Positions 46,376 through 56,974 of a DNA stretch of 64,000 bases are shown in pieces. The translations under genes were made by a program, and so were the position numbers. The DNA lies in NCBI GenBank assembly GCA_900543015.1, contig UQPJ01000001.1, positions 7,283 through 71,282 on the forward strand, written 5' to 3'. A model generated the notes under the pieces. The model was not told where the DNA came from, made no database searches, and worked only from the letters and a program-made list of their open reading frames with translations. The first letter of the stretch is position 1, and each line of letters starts with the position of its first letter. This DNA is from an uncultured Collinsella sp. GTDB lineage: Bacteria; Actinomycetota; Coriobacteriia; Coriobacteriales; Coriobacteriaceae.

Positions 46376-48592
46376 TTACTTGTCGGTGCCCAGCTTGTGC
46401 GGCTTGAGAGCGAGCGCATTGACGAGTGCGTCGGTGGCAGATTTGACGGCTGCCGGCTGCGGATCGTTGACGTGATCCTCGGGGTGTACGGGCAGGTCCT
46501 TCTTGACTGCATCGTGGATCAAGTTGAGGTACTCAGTCACGCCAGTGGTCGACAGGTGCGTGCCATCGCCATCGAACAGGTCGTTGCGATTGGCACTGTA
46601 TCCGTACCAGTCGATAACGCGCACGTTCTTGTAGCGCGTAGCGGCGTTGGCGATGGCCTGGTTGGTAGAGCCAACCCACGGCTGCGGGCTGCGCGTGTTC
46701 ACAAACACCACAATACGCTTATCTCCTGCATCGGCCATGATGGCGTCGATCTGGTCGTCGGTTACCAAGCCGTTGGTGCCCAGGGCAAAGACCACGATCT
46801 TGCCGGCAAGGTTCTGCTGGATATAGCCCTCAAATGTCGCGCGGCCCGCATCAAACTGGCGGCCCTTTTCGGCATCGATATGGCTGTGCGGGAACACGCC
46901 GTCAAAGGTGTCCACGGCACGCAGCGACACGGAGTCGCCGATCATAAGCAGATCGTAGGAGCCATCGGGGAAGCCGTCGTTGTCCTTGTCGGTGCCGTCG
47001 GCCGCCTGCTGGTCGGTGGGCGCGGTGTTTTTGGCTTCCTTGTTGAGGACTTCGGCGCCCTCACCGCTCAGTGCGGAGGTCTCCGGCACAAAAATCAGGC
47101 CGCCCAGCGCGATAACAAGCACAATCCCGCAAGTGGCGCACACGGGAATATGCGCGCGCACCCAGTTGGCGGGCGTGGTGGTGCCGTCGCGGAATTCGGA
47201 TACGGTGCGCCCAAAGGCACCCTTTCTAAACGGCGTCTCGATAAAGCGATATGAGCATTCGGCTACGGCGACCACCAACAACACCTGCAAAATGTACTGC
47301 CACCACGGCGTATCGTTGATGTTGGCGACCGGGTTCATGAGCAACAGTAGCGGATAGTGCCACAGGTAGATGCTGTACGAGCGCTTGCCAACCCACACGA
47401 GCGGCTCGGCGGACAGCGCGCGGGCAACCATTCCCTGGGGCTGCACGCAGGCCGCGATGACCATGAGCGTGAGGATGGAGCATAACAGCGTGCCGCCGCG
47501 ATACTGGAACGCGGTGTAGCCGTTGGTGAGCGCGACCATGGCGGCAAGGCCAACCAGACCCACGACGCCCAACACATCGATGGATGCGGGCGAGGACCAA
47601 AAGCGCACGAGGGCGCTCGGCTGTGCCGGGACGGTCTCGGCTGCGCCGTCGGTCGTAGCGTCATGCTTGCTTTCGGCGTTCTTGCCGTGCTTGGCGGCGC
47701 CAGCCAGGCGATTGAGCCCCAAACGATGAGCGAGACACACCGGCGCCAGGTCGCGATCGGGGATAAAGGCCATCCAGGCGCCCAGCAGCAGCGAGAAGAC
47801 GCGGGTGTCGGTGCCGTAGTACACGCGGCTGGGGTCGGCGGCGGGGTTATAGAGCACCATCATGGCGATGGCGGAGACAGCAGCCAGTCCCAGAACCATG
47901 CGGCGCGTGTTGGGCTTGCTCATGTGCATGGATACCATAGCGAGCAGCAGCGGGGGCCAAACCAGGTAGAACTGTTCCTCGATGGCGAGCGACCAAAAGT
48001 GCGTAAGCGGCGAGGGATCGCCCAGGGCATTGAAGTACGAGACGTTTTGGGCAATCTGCCACCAGTTGTTGAAGAACAGCAGCGACGGCAGGATGTCAGG
48101 GCGCATCTTGGTGAGCATCACGTGGTTAAAGATGGTGCACAGCGCGCAGGTCACGAACACTACCGTTACCACGGCGGGGACCAGGCGACGGATGCGGCGA
48201 ATCCAGAAGCTCTTAAGGTCGATACGGCCGGTCTTAGCGACTTCGTTGAGCAGCAAGCGCGTGATCAGATAGCCCGAAAGCACAAAGAAGATCGTGACGC
48301 CAAGCAGGCCGCCCTGAGCCCACGTGAGGTTGAGGTGATAGAGCACCACCGCGACGACGGCAAGCGTGCGCAGACCGTCGAGCGCAGGGATGTAGCGGGA
48401 CTTGGGGCGAGCAGGCGTCTGCTCCGCGGCGGGAGTGTTGGCGCGGCCCGCGTTGTTGGCAGAAGCGCGATGGGGGCTCGCGGTGCGTCGCGGCTCGTTG
48501 GCACGGCGCTCGCCCTTCACGCGTTCGTGCGGCGCCGGCTCGTTGCCCGTGCGGCGTCGACCGCGCGAGCCCGATTGCGAGAATTGTTCCAT
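46376..48592 (-). CDS. OatA-like acyltransferase (Acyl_transf_3 + SGNH)
   Basis: LDGLRTLAV, GVTIFFVLSGYLIT, HFWSLAIEEQFY, IGDSV, LGTN, DGTH. Confidence 0.92.
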   Translation of the reverse strand: MEQFSQSGSRGRRRTGNEPAPHERVKGERRANEPRRTASPHRASANNAGRANTPAAEQTPARPKSRYIPALDGLRTLAVVAVVLYHLNLTWAQGGLLGVTIFFVLSGYLITRLLLNEVAKTGRIDLKSFWIRRIRRLVPAVVTVVFVTCALCTIFNHVMLTKMRPDILPSLLFFNNWWQIAQNVSYFNALGDPSPLTHFWSLAIEEQFYLVWPPLLLAMVSMHMSKPNTRRMVLGLAAVSAIAMMVLYNPAADPSRVYYGTDTRVFSLLLGAWMAFIPDRDLAPVCLAHRLGLNRLAGAAKHGKNAESKHDATTDGAAETVPAQPSALVRFWSSPASIDVLGVVGLVGLAAMVALTNGYTAFQYRGGTLLCSILTLMVIAACVQPQGMVARALSAEPLVWVGKRSYSIYLWHYPLLLLMNPVANINDTPWWQYILQVLLVVAVAECSYRFIETPFRKGAFGRTVSEFRDGTTTPANWVRAHIPVCATCGIVLVIALGGLIFVPETSALSGEGAEVLNKEAKNTAPTDQQAADGTDKDNDGFPDGSYDLLMIGDSVSLRAVDTFDGVFPHSHIDAEKGRQFDAGRATFEGYIQQNLAGKIVVFALGTNGLVTDDQIDAIMADAGDKRIVVFVNTRSPQPWVGSTNQAIANAATRYKNVRVIDWYGYSANRNDLFDGDGTHLSTTGVTEYLNLIHDAVKKDLPVHPEDHVNDPQPAAVKSATDALVNALALKPHKLGTDK

Positions 48593-48779
48593 AAAACATC
48601 ATCCAATGACGAGAATAATCAGCACGTATTCATTGTAGCTGCCTGCCCCTGTGAATGCTTGCTGCTGGCGCAAGCTCAAGCGCGCGTCCACATCAAAGTG
48701 GACTAAAGTTATAGGGGGTGCGAGAGTGCACAATCGTTGGTCGACGGTGGGCGCAAAGCCTGAAGACGAGGAGGTTTCC

Positions 48780-49775
48780 ATGGCGGATCACAGCATCGTT
48801 GCGGTGTTCGGCAGCATGAACATGGACCTTTCGGTGGCGTGCGAGCGCATGCCGCGTGCGGGCGAGACAGTCGGTGGCAGCGGTTTTATCACCAACGCCG
48901 GTGGCAAGGGCGCTAACCAGGCCGTCGCCGCTGCGCGCATGGGTGCGCGCACGTGCATGATTGGCGCTGTGGGGCGCGATACCTTTGGCGATGCGCTTGT
49001 GGCAGGGCTCCAGGATGCCGGCGTGGGCGTTGAGTTTGTGGCGCGTCGCGATGACGTGGAGACCGGTACTGCGACTATCATTCGCTGCGAGAGCGACAAC
49101 CGCATCGTGCTGTCGCCGGGCGCCAACCATGCGCTTGCGGGCGAGGACGTTGCCCACGCGCTGAGGCGCTTGGTGGCCGACGAGCTCGACGGCGATGCCA
49201 GCGAGATTGCCCCGGCTGCCGGAAGCGTCTTTATTGCCCAGGGCGAATGTGACCTTGCAGCGACGGCCGAGGCGTTTGCTTGCGCTCACGAGCTGGGGTT
49301 CTATACGGTCTTTAACCCTGCGCCCGCCTGCGATTTGCCGGCAGGAGCGTGGCCTGCGGTCGACTTGGTCTGCCCCAACGAGACCGAGTGCCAGGTGCTG
49401 ACGGGCATTCTGCCCACAGATGATGCGAGCTGCGTCGCCGCGCTCAATGCGCTGCTCGACAAGGGCGCCGGGGCTGCGGTCATCACGCTGGGCGGCGCCG
49501 GCTCGGTTACGCTCGGCGATGGCGGTGAGCCGCTGCGCATGCCGGCGCTTTCGAGCGCGGTGGTCGATACGACGGCCGCGGGCGATACGTTTATCGGCGC
49601 GTTGGCGGCGGCTCGTCTGGAGGGCCTGCCGCTCTTTGAGTGCATGGCCGCGGGTGCTCGCGCCTCGGCGGTGACGGTGTCGCGCCTGGGCGCTCAGCAA
49701 TCAATTCCCACGCGTGCGGAAGTCGAGCACAAGTTTGGGTCGGACGATTTAGTACAAGGCGGAGAAGCGGAGTAG
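48780..49775 (+). CDS. rbsK: Ribokinase
   Basis: GSMNMDL, GGKGANQA, NPAPA, PNETE, DTTAAGDTF. Confidence 0.9.
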   Translation: MADHSIVAVFGSMNMDLSVACERMPRAGETVGGSGFITNAGGKGANQAVAAARMGARTCMIGAVGRDTFGDALVAGLQDAGVGVEFVARRDDVETGTATIIRCESDNRIVLSPGANHALAGEDVAHALRRLVADELDGDASEIAPAAGSVFIAQGECDLAATAEAFACAHELGFYTVFNPAPACDLPAGAWPAVDLVCPNETECQVLTGILPTDDASCVAALNALLDKGAGAAVITLGGAGSVTLGDGGEPLRMPALSSAVVDTTAAGDTFIGALAAARLEGLPLFECMAAGARASAVTVSRLGAQQSIPTRAEVEHKFGSDDLVQGGEAE

Positions 49776-49779
49776 AACA

Positions 49780-50754
49780 ATGGCAACCAAGAAGCTGATC
49801 CTTGATCTGGATATGGGTGTGGACGATGCGATGGCGCTCGCCTATGCCATCGCAAGCCCCGAGGTGGAGCTCGTCGGCGTCACCACGTGCTTTGGCAACG
49901 TGCGCGTCGAGCAGTCGGCGCACAACTGCTTGGCGGTGCTCGACCTGTTGGGCCGTCCCGAGGTGCCGGTGTACCTGGGCGCCGATCGTCCCATGAAGGC
50001 GACCGAACTCTACACGCCGCCGGCGTCCACCACGCTTATCCACGGCAAGAACGGTATTGGCGGCGCAAGCGTGCCCGCCTCGCCGTACGAGCCGGTGGGC
50101 GCGACGTCGGCCGACGGCAATGCGGCGGTCGATTACCTGATTGATGCCGCGCGTACCTATGGTCCCGATCTGGTCTACGTTGCGACCGGCCCGCTCACCA
50201 ATCTGGCGCTTGCCCTGGAGCGCGATGCGGCGGCGATGATGTCCATCGGCCGCGTGGTCGTGATGGGCGGCGCCCTTACCGTGCCCGGCAACGTGAGCGC
50301 GGGCGCCGAGGCCAACATGGCAAGCGACCCCGAGGCTGCCGATGCCGTGTTGCGCTCGGGCCGCAAGCTCACCATGGTGGGCCTGGATGTGACGCACCGC
50401 GTGGTGCTCACACGTCGCGACGTTGCCGGCTGGACGGGCTCGGGCACCATGGCGGGCTGCGCGTTTGCGAGCATGGTCGAGCACTACATTGGTTCGTACG
50501 AAATGAACGCGCCCTACCTGGGCGGCTGCGCGCTGCACGATCCGCTGGCGGTTGCCGTGGCGATTGATCCCACGCTCGTGGGTGCGCTCGGCTGTAACCT
50601 GCGTGTTGACTTGCTGGGCGAGTACCGCGGCCGCACCATCTGCGACGAGCACCGCCTGTCCGATCCAGATAAGAGCGCGCTCGTGGCGCTCACCGTGGAC
50701 GCCCCACGTTTCCTCGCGGAGTTTAAGGCACGCATGGCTCGCATCCTTGGCTAA
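49780..50754 (+). CDS. Nucleoside hydrolase (IUNH family)
   Basis: DLDMGVDD, HGKNGIG, GPLTNLA, AEAN..DPEAA, LHDPLA. Confidence 0.92.
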   Translation: MATKKLILDLDMGVDDAMALAYAIASPEVELVGVTTCFGNVRVEQSAHNCLAVLDLLGRPEVPVYLGADRPMKATELYTPPASTTLIHGKNGIGGASVPASPYEPVGATSADGNAAVDYLIDAARTYGPDLVYVATGPLTNLALALERDAAAMMSIGRVVVMGGALTVPGNVSAGAEANMASDPEAADAVLRSGRKLTMVGLDVTHRVVLTRRDVAGWTGSGTMAGCAFASMVEHYIGSYEMNAPYLGGCALHDPLAVAVAIDPTLVGALGCNLRVDLLGEYRGRTICDEHRLSDPDKSALVALTVDAPRFLAEFKARMARILG

Positions 50755-50858
50755 ACGGTTTCTGTGCCTCGATCCAGATTAGCTACCGAGTAAATACGCC
50801 CGTTGGGGGAATAGTCGCGTCGCTTCGCTTGACAACAGGCTAAACTAGCTATTAAACA

Positions 50859-50876
50859 TTTACTATTCTGTTTAGA
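50859..50876 (-). promoter_or_regulatory. Putative operator shared with the downstream sugar operons
   Basis: Reverse complement TCTAAACAGAATAGTAAA matches 52139-52156 at 17/18. Confidence 0.55.
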
Positions 50877-50957
50877 TTGAATTTGCGGTCGTTTAGTTGT
50901 CGAGTCACGGGGCGGTCAGGCCACGATGCTCGACCGCGACCGTTACTAGGGGGAACA

Positions 50958-51968
50958 ATGGCCAAAGCAAGTGTCCGCGAAATCAGCCGCATCACCGGTT
51001 TTTCGCCTGCGACCGTGTCCAACGCGCTCAACCGCAAGCGCAGCGTGAGCGAGGAGACCGCCAAAGTCATCCTGGAGTGCGCGCAGTCGCTCGGCTATCA
51101 GCAGTCGACGCAGCTCGAGAGCATCCAGTTTGTGCTCGCGCGCAAGACGGGCGCCATCCTGGACGAGAGCACCTTCCATCCCGCGGTTATTGAGGGCGTG
51201 GAGCGCCAGGCGCGTCGCCACGGCATGAGCACGAGCTTTGTCTCGCTCGACTTTAGCGACCTGGACGCCGTGCGTCCGCAGGTCGAGGGCCTGATCGCCG
51301 ACCCGTCTGCCGCCATCGTGCTGATGGGTACCGAGCTGGGTGAGGAAGATTACGCCCTGTTCGCTAACGCCGCCGCCCACCTGATTGTGCTCGATGGCTG
51401 GAGCGACCGCCAGTACTTTGATGCCGTGGTCATTGCCAATACCGATTCGGTGCTGCGTGCCGTGGACTACCTTATCGAGAAAGGTCACAGGCAAATCGGC
51501 TATCTGGCGGGCGACCTTCGTATCCGCAACTTTAAGGACCGCGAGCGCGGCTATCGCCAAGCGCTTGAGGATGCGGACCTCGAGGCCAATCCGGCATGGC
51601 GCGTCACGCTGGGCACCACGCTCGAGGGCGCTTATCGCGACATGGGCGCGTGGCTCGACAATGCCTCGCACGACGACCTGCCGACGGCTTTCTTTGCCGA
51701 GAACGACGTGCTCGCCGTGGGTGCCATGCGCGCGTTCAACGAGCACGGCATTCGCGTGCCCGAGGATGTCTCGATCATCGGCTTTGACGACCTATCTCTG
51801 GGCGCTTTTTCCAACCCGCCGCTCACCACGGTGCATGTTCCCAAGCACGAGGTGGGTGAGATCGCGGTGCGCCGCCTGGTGGGCAACATCCGCAATCCCA
51901 AGAGCTACACCTGCAAAACGGCCGTGTCGACCTATTTTGTCGAGCGCCAGAGCGTGCGCGAAATCTAG
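50958..51968 (+). CDS. LacI-family transcriptional regulator
   Basis: SVREISRITGFSPATVSNALN; VPEDVSIIGFDD, PPLTTV. Confidence 0.93.
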   Translation: MAKASVREISRITGFSPATVSNALNRKRSVSEETAKVILECAQSLGYQQSTQLESIQFVLARKTGAILDESTFHPAVIEGVERQARRHGMSTSFVSLDFSDLDAVRPQVEGLIADPSAAIVLMGTELGEEDYALFANAAAHLIVLDGWSDRQYFDAVVIANTDSVLRAVDYLIEKGHRQIGYLAGDLRIRNFKDRERGYRQALEDADLEANPAWRVTLGTTLEGAYRDMGAWLDNASHDDLPTAFFAENDVLAVGAMRAFNEHGIRVPEDVSIIGFDDLSLGAFSNPPLTTVHVPKHEVGEIAVRRLVGNIRNPKSYTCKTAVSTYFVERQSVREI

Positions 51969-52030
51969 GCGGAGACGGCATTGCCTGCAGCGTGCCAAAG
52001 CTCGCTAGGGCAGTTAACATAGTGCCATTC

Positions 52031-52060
52031 AGAAGAGGATCCTTCGGGGTCCTCTTTTTG
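52031..52060 (+). terminator. Intrinsic terminator
   Basis: AAGAGGATCC-TTCG-GGGTCCTCTT followed by a T run. Confidence 0.85.
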
Positions 52061-52135
52061 TTTCCCTTGTATGTTCAGATTGTTTACATACCGTTTAGGC
52101 TGATTTCTCTACCGTCTACGGGTATTTCGCGCTAA

Positions 52136-52156
52136 ACTTCTAAACAGAAGAGTAAA
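52136..52156 (+). promoter_or_regulatory. Putative operator upstream of the isomerase operon
   Basis: ACTTCTAAACAGAAGAGTAAA; sub-motifs recur inverted at 50859-50876 and 57654-57665. Confidence 0.55.
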
Positions 52157-52225
52157 ACATTTAGTAAACAGAACAAAACGAAACATGCGTCTGTTTACTG
52201 AACATGTGACTAGGGGAGGACGTAC

Positions 52226-53626
52226 ATGGATAAGATCAAGCTCGGTTTTGTGCCCACGCGCCGTAGCATCTTTAGCGCGCCGGACGCGATCAAGTATCGC
52301 GGCCTTACGGCTGATCGCCTGCGCGAGATCGGCGTCGAGATTGTGGATATCGACGACATCAACGACGAGGGCCTGCTGTTCGACGACAGCCATATCGCGC
52401 CTATCGTCGAGAAGTTCCGCGCCGAGGGCGTCGACGGCATCATGCTCTGCCACGCCAACTTTGGTACCGAGTATGTCTGCGCCCGCCTTGCCCGCGAGCT
52501 CGGCTTGCCCGTGCTGCTGTGGGGTCCGCGCGACGAGCGCCCCGAGCCCGACGGCACCCGTCTGCGCGATAGCCAGTGCGGCCTGTTCGCCACCGGCAAG
52601 GTCCTGCGTCGCTTCCAGGTTCCCTTCACCTACATGACCAACTGCCGTCTGACCGATCCCGAGTTCGAGCGCGGTGTCTGGGACTTTTTGGCCGTGTGCA
52701 ACGTGGTCAAGACTTTCAAGCACACTCGCATCCTGCAGATGGCCACCCGTCCGTTCGATTTCTGGTCGACCATGTGCAACGAGGGCGAGCTGCTCGAGAA
52801 GTTCAACATCCAGCTTTCGCCCATCCCCATGACCGAGCTTGTCCAGGCCGTGCGCGACGCCCAGGCTGACGAGCAGGCCATGGCAACCATGCTCGCCCAC
52901 ATTGGTGACAGCTTTGAGATCTGCATCCCCGAAGACAAGGTTCCTGCGGTCGCAGGACTCGCCATTGCCATGAAGCGCCTGGTCGAGAAGTACGGCTGCA
53001 ACGCCGGCGCCATCCAGTGCTGGAACGCCCTGCAGGACGAGTTGGGCATTATGCCCTGCGCCGCCAACGCAATCCTCAACGAGATGGGCATCCCCATCGT
53101 CTGCGAGACCGACATCCATGGCGCTATCACCGCGCTGATGGTCGAGGCCGCCGACCTGGGCCGTCACCGCGGCATGTTCGCCGACTGGACCGTGCGTCAT
53201 CCCGATAACGAGAACGGCGAGCTGCTGCAGCACTGCGGCCCCTGGCCCTGCAGCTGCGCGGCCGTCAAGCCCAAGCTCACCTATCCGCTGGCCTTCGATC
53301 ACCCCGGCGCGCTGACGGCCGAGGCCAAGCACGGCGACCTCACCCTTGCCCGCTTTGACGGCGACAACGGCGAGTACTCGCTGCTGCTGGGCAACGCCCG
53401 CGGCATCGACGGCCCGGCCGGCATGGGCACCTACCTGTGGGTCGAGGTCGACAACCTCAAGCGCCTCGAGGCCAAGATCGTCGAGGGTCCCTACATCCAC
53501 CACTGCGTCGCCATTCACGCCAACGTGGTGCCGGTGCTCTACGAGGCGTGCAAGTACATCGGCATTGTCCCCGACCTGTACGACCCCATCGAAGAAGACG
53601 TCAAAGCTTACCTGCGAGGAGAGTAG
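52226..53626 (+). CDS. L-fucose/L-arabinose-isomerase-like sugar isomerase
   Basis: NFGTE, DSQCG, AIQCW, CETDIHGA, LLQHCG, GPYIHH. Confidence 0.85.
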   Translation: MDKIKLGFVPTRRSIFSAPDAIKYRGLTADRLREIGVEIVDIDDINDEGLLFDDSHIAPIVEKFRAEGVDGIMLCHANFGTEYVCARLARELGLPVLLWGPRDERPEPDGTRLRDSQCGLFATGKVLRRFQVPFTYMTNCRLTDPEFERGVWDFLAVCNVVKTFKHTRILQMATRPFDFWSTMCNEGELLEKFNIQLSPIPMTELVQAVRDAQADEQAMATMLAHIGDSFEICIPEDKVPAVAGLAIAMKRLVEKYGCNAGAIQCWNALQDELGIMPCAANAILNEMGIPIVCETDIHGAITALMVEAADLGRHRGMFADWTVRHPDNENGELLQHCGPWPCSCAAVKPKLTYPLAFDHPGALTAEAKHGDLTLARFDGDNGEYSLLLGNARGIDGPAGMGTYLWVEVDNLKRLEAKIVEGPYIHHCVAIHANVVPVLYEACKYIGIVPDLYDPIEEDVKAYLRGE

Positions 53627-53628
53627 AA

Positions 53629-54465
53629 ATGGCAACTATCGAAGAGCTTGAGTCCCTGCGTTGGGACCTTCGACGCGATTGCGTCGATATCATCATGGCT
53701 GGCGCTGGCGGGCACATCGGCGGCGACATGTCGGTCATCGATGCGCTGATGACCCTCTATGCCAACCACCTCAACATTTCTCCCGAGACCGTCGACGATC
53801 CCAACCGCGATCGCTTCGTACTCTCCAAGGGCCACGCCATGGAGGCCTACTACGCGGTGCTCTGCCACGAGGGCTATCTGGACCTCGACGACGTCAAGGC
53901 CCGCTTCTCTAAGTTCGGCAGCCCCTACATCGGCCACCCCAACAACAAGCTCAAGGGCATCGAGATGAACTCGGGCTCGCTGGGTCATGGCCTGCCCGTG
54001 GCCGTCGGGATGGCGCTTGCCGGCAAGATGGATGGCCGCGACTACCGCGTCTACACCATCATGGGCGACGGCGAGCTTGCCGAGGGCTCGGTCTGGGAGG
54101 GCGCCATGAGCGGCGGCAACTACCAGCTCGATAACCTGTGCGCGCTCGTGGACCGCAACCGCCTGCAGATCAGCGGCAGCACCGAGGACGTCATGAAGCA
54201 GGACTCGCAGGAGGAGCGCTGGGCCGCCTTCGGTTGGAACGTGCTGTCCATTCCGGGCAACGACGTCCAGGCCATCGACGCCGCGCTGACGCTGGCCGCC
54301 GAGACCAAGGGTAAGCCCACGGTCATCATCCTCAACACAGTGAAGGGCTACGGCTCGCCGGTTATGGAGGACAAGGCCGCCTGGCATCATCACCTGCCCA
54401 ACGATGAGGAATATGCCCAGATCATCGCCGATTTCGCTGCCCATAAGGAGGCCATCAATGGCTAA
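53629..54465 (+). CDS. Split transketolase, N-terminal (ThDP-binding) subunit
   Basis: GHIGG, RDRFVLSKGH, GSLGHG, GDGELAEGSVWE. Confidence 0.92.
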   Translation: MATIEELESLRWDLRRDCVDIIMAGAGGHIGGDMSVIDALMTLYANHLNISPETVDDPNRDRFVLSKGHAMEAYYAVLCHEGYLDLDDVKARFSKFGSPYIGHPNNKLKGIEMNSGSLGHGLPVAVGMALAGKMDGRDYRVYTIMGDGELAEGSVWEGAMSGGNYQLDNLCALVDRNRLQISGSTEDVMKQDSQEERWAAFGWNVLSIPGNDVQAIDAALTLAAETKGKPTVIILNTVKGYGSPVMEDKAAWHHHLPNDEEYAQIIADFAAHKEAING

Positions 54466-55399
54466 CAAGATCGCCAACCGCAAGGCTATCTGCGACACGC
54501 TGCTCGAGGCCGCCGCAACCGATAAAGACATCGTCGTCCTGTGCTCCGACTCCCGCGGCTCTGCATCGCTCACGCCGTTCTTTGACCAGTATCCCCAGCA
54601 GTCCGTTGAGGTCGGCATTGCCGAGCAGGACCTGGTGAGCATCGCTGCCGGCATGGCCTCGTGCGGTAAGAAGGCCTGGGCCGCCTCGCCGGCGTCCTTT
54701 GTGACCACGCGTTCGTATGAGCAGTGCAAGGTCGACGTTTCGTACTCCAACACCAACGTCAAGCTCATCGGCATCTCGGGCGGCGTGTCCTATGGCGCCC
54801 TGGGTATGAGCCACCATTCTGCGCAGGATATCGCCGCTATGAGCGCGATTCCCAACATGCGCGTGTATCTGCCGAGTGACCGCTTCCAGACCGCCGAGCT
54901 TGTGCGCGCCCTGGTAGCCGACAACAAGCCGGCCTACATCCGCGTGGGGCGCAACCCGGTCGAGGACGTGTACACCGAGGACGAGTGTCCGTTCCAGATG
55001 GATCGCGCCACCTGGGTGCGTCGCGGCACCGATGTGACGATCGTCGCCACCGGCGAGATGGTCCGCCACGCCGTGGACGCCGCCGATCTGCTGGCCGAGC
55101 AGGGAATCTCGGCAACGGTGCTCGACATGTACTGCGTCAAGCCGCTCGACGCCGAGGCCGTGATCGAGGCCGCCGGCGCCACGCGCGCCGTCGTGACCGT
55201 CGAGGAGCACAGCCCCTTCGGCGGCCTGGGTTCCATGGTCGCGCAGGTCGTGGGCGAGCATTGCCCGCGTCCGGTCAAGTGCCTCTCCCTGCCCGACGCG
55301 CCGGTCATCACCGGTACGAGCCCCGAGGTCTTTGCGCACTACGGCCTGACGGGTGCCGGAATCGCGCAGACCGTCGCCGAGTTCTTGCCCGCAGAGTAA
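54458..55399 (+). CDS. Split transketolase, C-terminal subunit
   Basis: VGIAEQ, GMSHH, PAYIRVGR, VKPLD, TVEEH..GGLGS. Confidence 0.92.
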   Translation: MANKIANRKAICDTLLEAAATDKDIVVLCSDSRGSASLTPFFDQYPQQSVEVGIAEQDLVSIAAGMASCGKKAWAASPASFVTTRSYEQCKVDVSYSNTNVKLIGISGGVSYGALGMSHHSAQDIAAMSAIPNMRVYLPSDRFQTAELVRALVADNKPAYIRVGRNPVEDVYTEDECPFQMDRATWVRRGTDVTIVATGEMVRHAVDAADLLAEQGISATVLDMYCVKPLDAEAVIEAAGATRAVVTVEEHSPFGGLGSMVAQVVGEHCPRPVKCLSLPDAPVITGTSPEVFAHYGLTGAGIAQTVAEFLPAE

Positions 55400-55402
55400 C
55401 TG

Positions 55403-55437
55403 GAATGTGACAAAGGGACCGCCCCTTTGTCACATTC
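55403..55437. repeat. Intra-operon palindrome (REP-like)
   Basis: GAATGTGACAAAGGG-ACCGC-CCCTTTGTCACATTC. Confidence 0.8.
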
Positions 55438-55455
55438 GTTTTGAAAGGGGTGGCC

Positions 55456-56946
55456 ATGGGCCGCTACATCATCGGAATCGATCAATCCACGCAGGGCACC
55501 AAGGCGCTGCTGGTGGACGAGGGCGGCCATTTGATTCATCGTGCCGATCGCTCGCATCGCCAGATTGTCAACGAGGCCGGCTGGGTGAGCCATGATCCAG
55601 CCGAGATCGCCGCCAACGTGCTGGCCGTGGCGCGCGCCGTGGTGGAGGAGACCGGGGTCGATCCGGCCGACGTCGCCGGCATCGGCATCTCCAACCAGCG
55701 CGAGACTACCGTTGCCTGGAGGCGCACGACGGGCGAGCCGCTGTGCGACGCCGTGGTGTGGCAGTGCGCCCGCGCCCGCGAGCTGTGCGACGAGCTGGCC
55801 GCGCGCGAGGGCGTGGCCGAGCTGGTGCGCGACACGACGGGTCTAGTGCTCTCGCCCTACTACCCGGCGGGCAAGATGGCCTGGATCCTCGCGAACGTTC
55901 CCGCGGCTGCCGAGGCCGCTGCAGCGGGCGAGCTGTGCCTGGGCACCATCGATGCCTGGGTGGTCTGGACGCTCACGGGCGGCGCGGAGTTCCGCTGCGA
56001 CTGGTCCAACGCCAGCCGCACGCAACTCTTTGACCTGCGCCGTGGCTGCTGGAGCGAGCCGGTGTGCGAGGCCTTTGGCGTTGACGTGGCCTGCCTGCCA
56101 CAGGTGACCGATTCCGATGGCCTGTTTGGCATGACGGACCTGGGTGGCTTTTTGCCGGCACCCGTGCCCATTCACGGCGTGCTCGGCGACAGCCATGCCG
56201 CCTTGTTTGCGCAGGGCTGCCATAGCCGCGGCATGGCCAAGGCGACCTATGGCACCGGCAGCTCGGTCATGATGAACGTCGGCGACGAGTTCGTCGCCAG
56301 CTCGCACGGGCTTTCGAGCTCGCTCGCATGGCGCATGGACGGCGTGACCGAGTACGTGCTCGAGGGCAACGTGAGCTACGCCGGCGCCGTCAAGACGTGG
56401 CTGCGCGACGATCTGGAGCTCATCAATAACCCCGAGGAAGTTACCGACCTGTGCTACGCCGCCAATCCGGCGAGCCGCGTCTACTTTGTGCCGGCGTTTA
56501 CCGGTCTGGGCGCGCCGCACTGGGCGAGTGACGCCGAGGGCTGCGTCTTTGGCATGACGCGCACCACGGGTCGCGCGGAGTTCGTGAAGGCCGCCGACGA
56601 GTCGATCGCCTATCAGATCTTTGACGTGATTGATGCGATGGTCGAGGATTCGGGCGCGGCGCTGGCCGAACTTCGTGTTGACGGCGGTCCCACGCGCGAT
56701 GCGTACCTGATGCAGTTTGAGAGCGACCTGGTTGGCTCGCCCATCCGCATTGCGAGCAACGACGAGATGAGCGGTCTGGGCGCGGCCTGGGCCTGCGGCA
56801 TTGCGCTGGGCATGTACACGCGCGACGTCGTCGACGTCTACGGCGCCCGCGGCATCGTGGAGCCGTCGATGCCCGCCGACGAGCGAGCCAAAAAGATCGC
56901 CGGCTGGCGCCATGCTGTCGACGCGACTATCGCCTACACTGCCTAG
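55456..56946 (+). CDS. FGGY-family (glycerol-kinase-like) sugar kinase
   Basis: IDQSTQGTK, SNQRET, VWQC, GDSHAAL, KATYGTG, VPAFTGLGAPHW, VDGG. Confidence 0.9.
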   Translation: MGRYIIGIDQSTQGTKALLVDEGGHLIHRADRSHRQIVNEAGWVSHDPAEIAANVLAVARAVVEETGVDPADVAGIGISNQRETTVAWRRTTGEPLCDAVVWQCARARELCDELAAREGVAELVRDTTGLVLSPYYPAGKMAWILANVPAAAEAAAAGELCLGTIDAWVVWTLTGGAEFRCDWSNASRTQLFDLRRGCWSEPVCEAFGVDVACLPQVTDSDGLFGMTDLGGFLPAPVPIHGVLGDSHAALFAQGCHSRGMAKATYGTGSSVMMNVGDEFVASSHGLSSSLAWRMDGVTEYVLEGNVSYAGAVKTWLRDDLELINNPEEVTDLCYAANPASRVYFVPAFTGLGAPHWASDAEGCVFGMTRTTGRAEFVKAADESIAYQIFDVIDAMVEDSGAALAELRVDGGPTRDAYLMQFESDLVGSPIRIASNDEMSGLGAAWACGIALGMYTRDVVDVYGARGIVEPSMPADERAKKIAGWRHAVDATIAYTA

Positions 56947-56974
56947 GCGGCTGCGCGGCGCCCAAGGATTTTTC

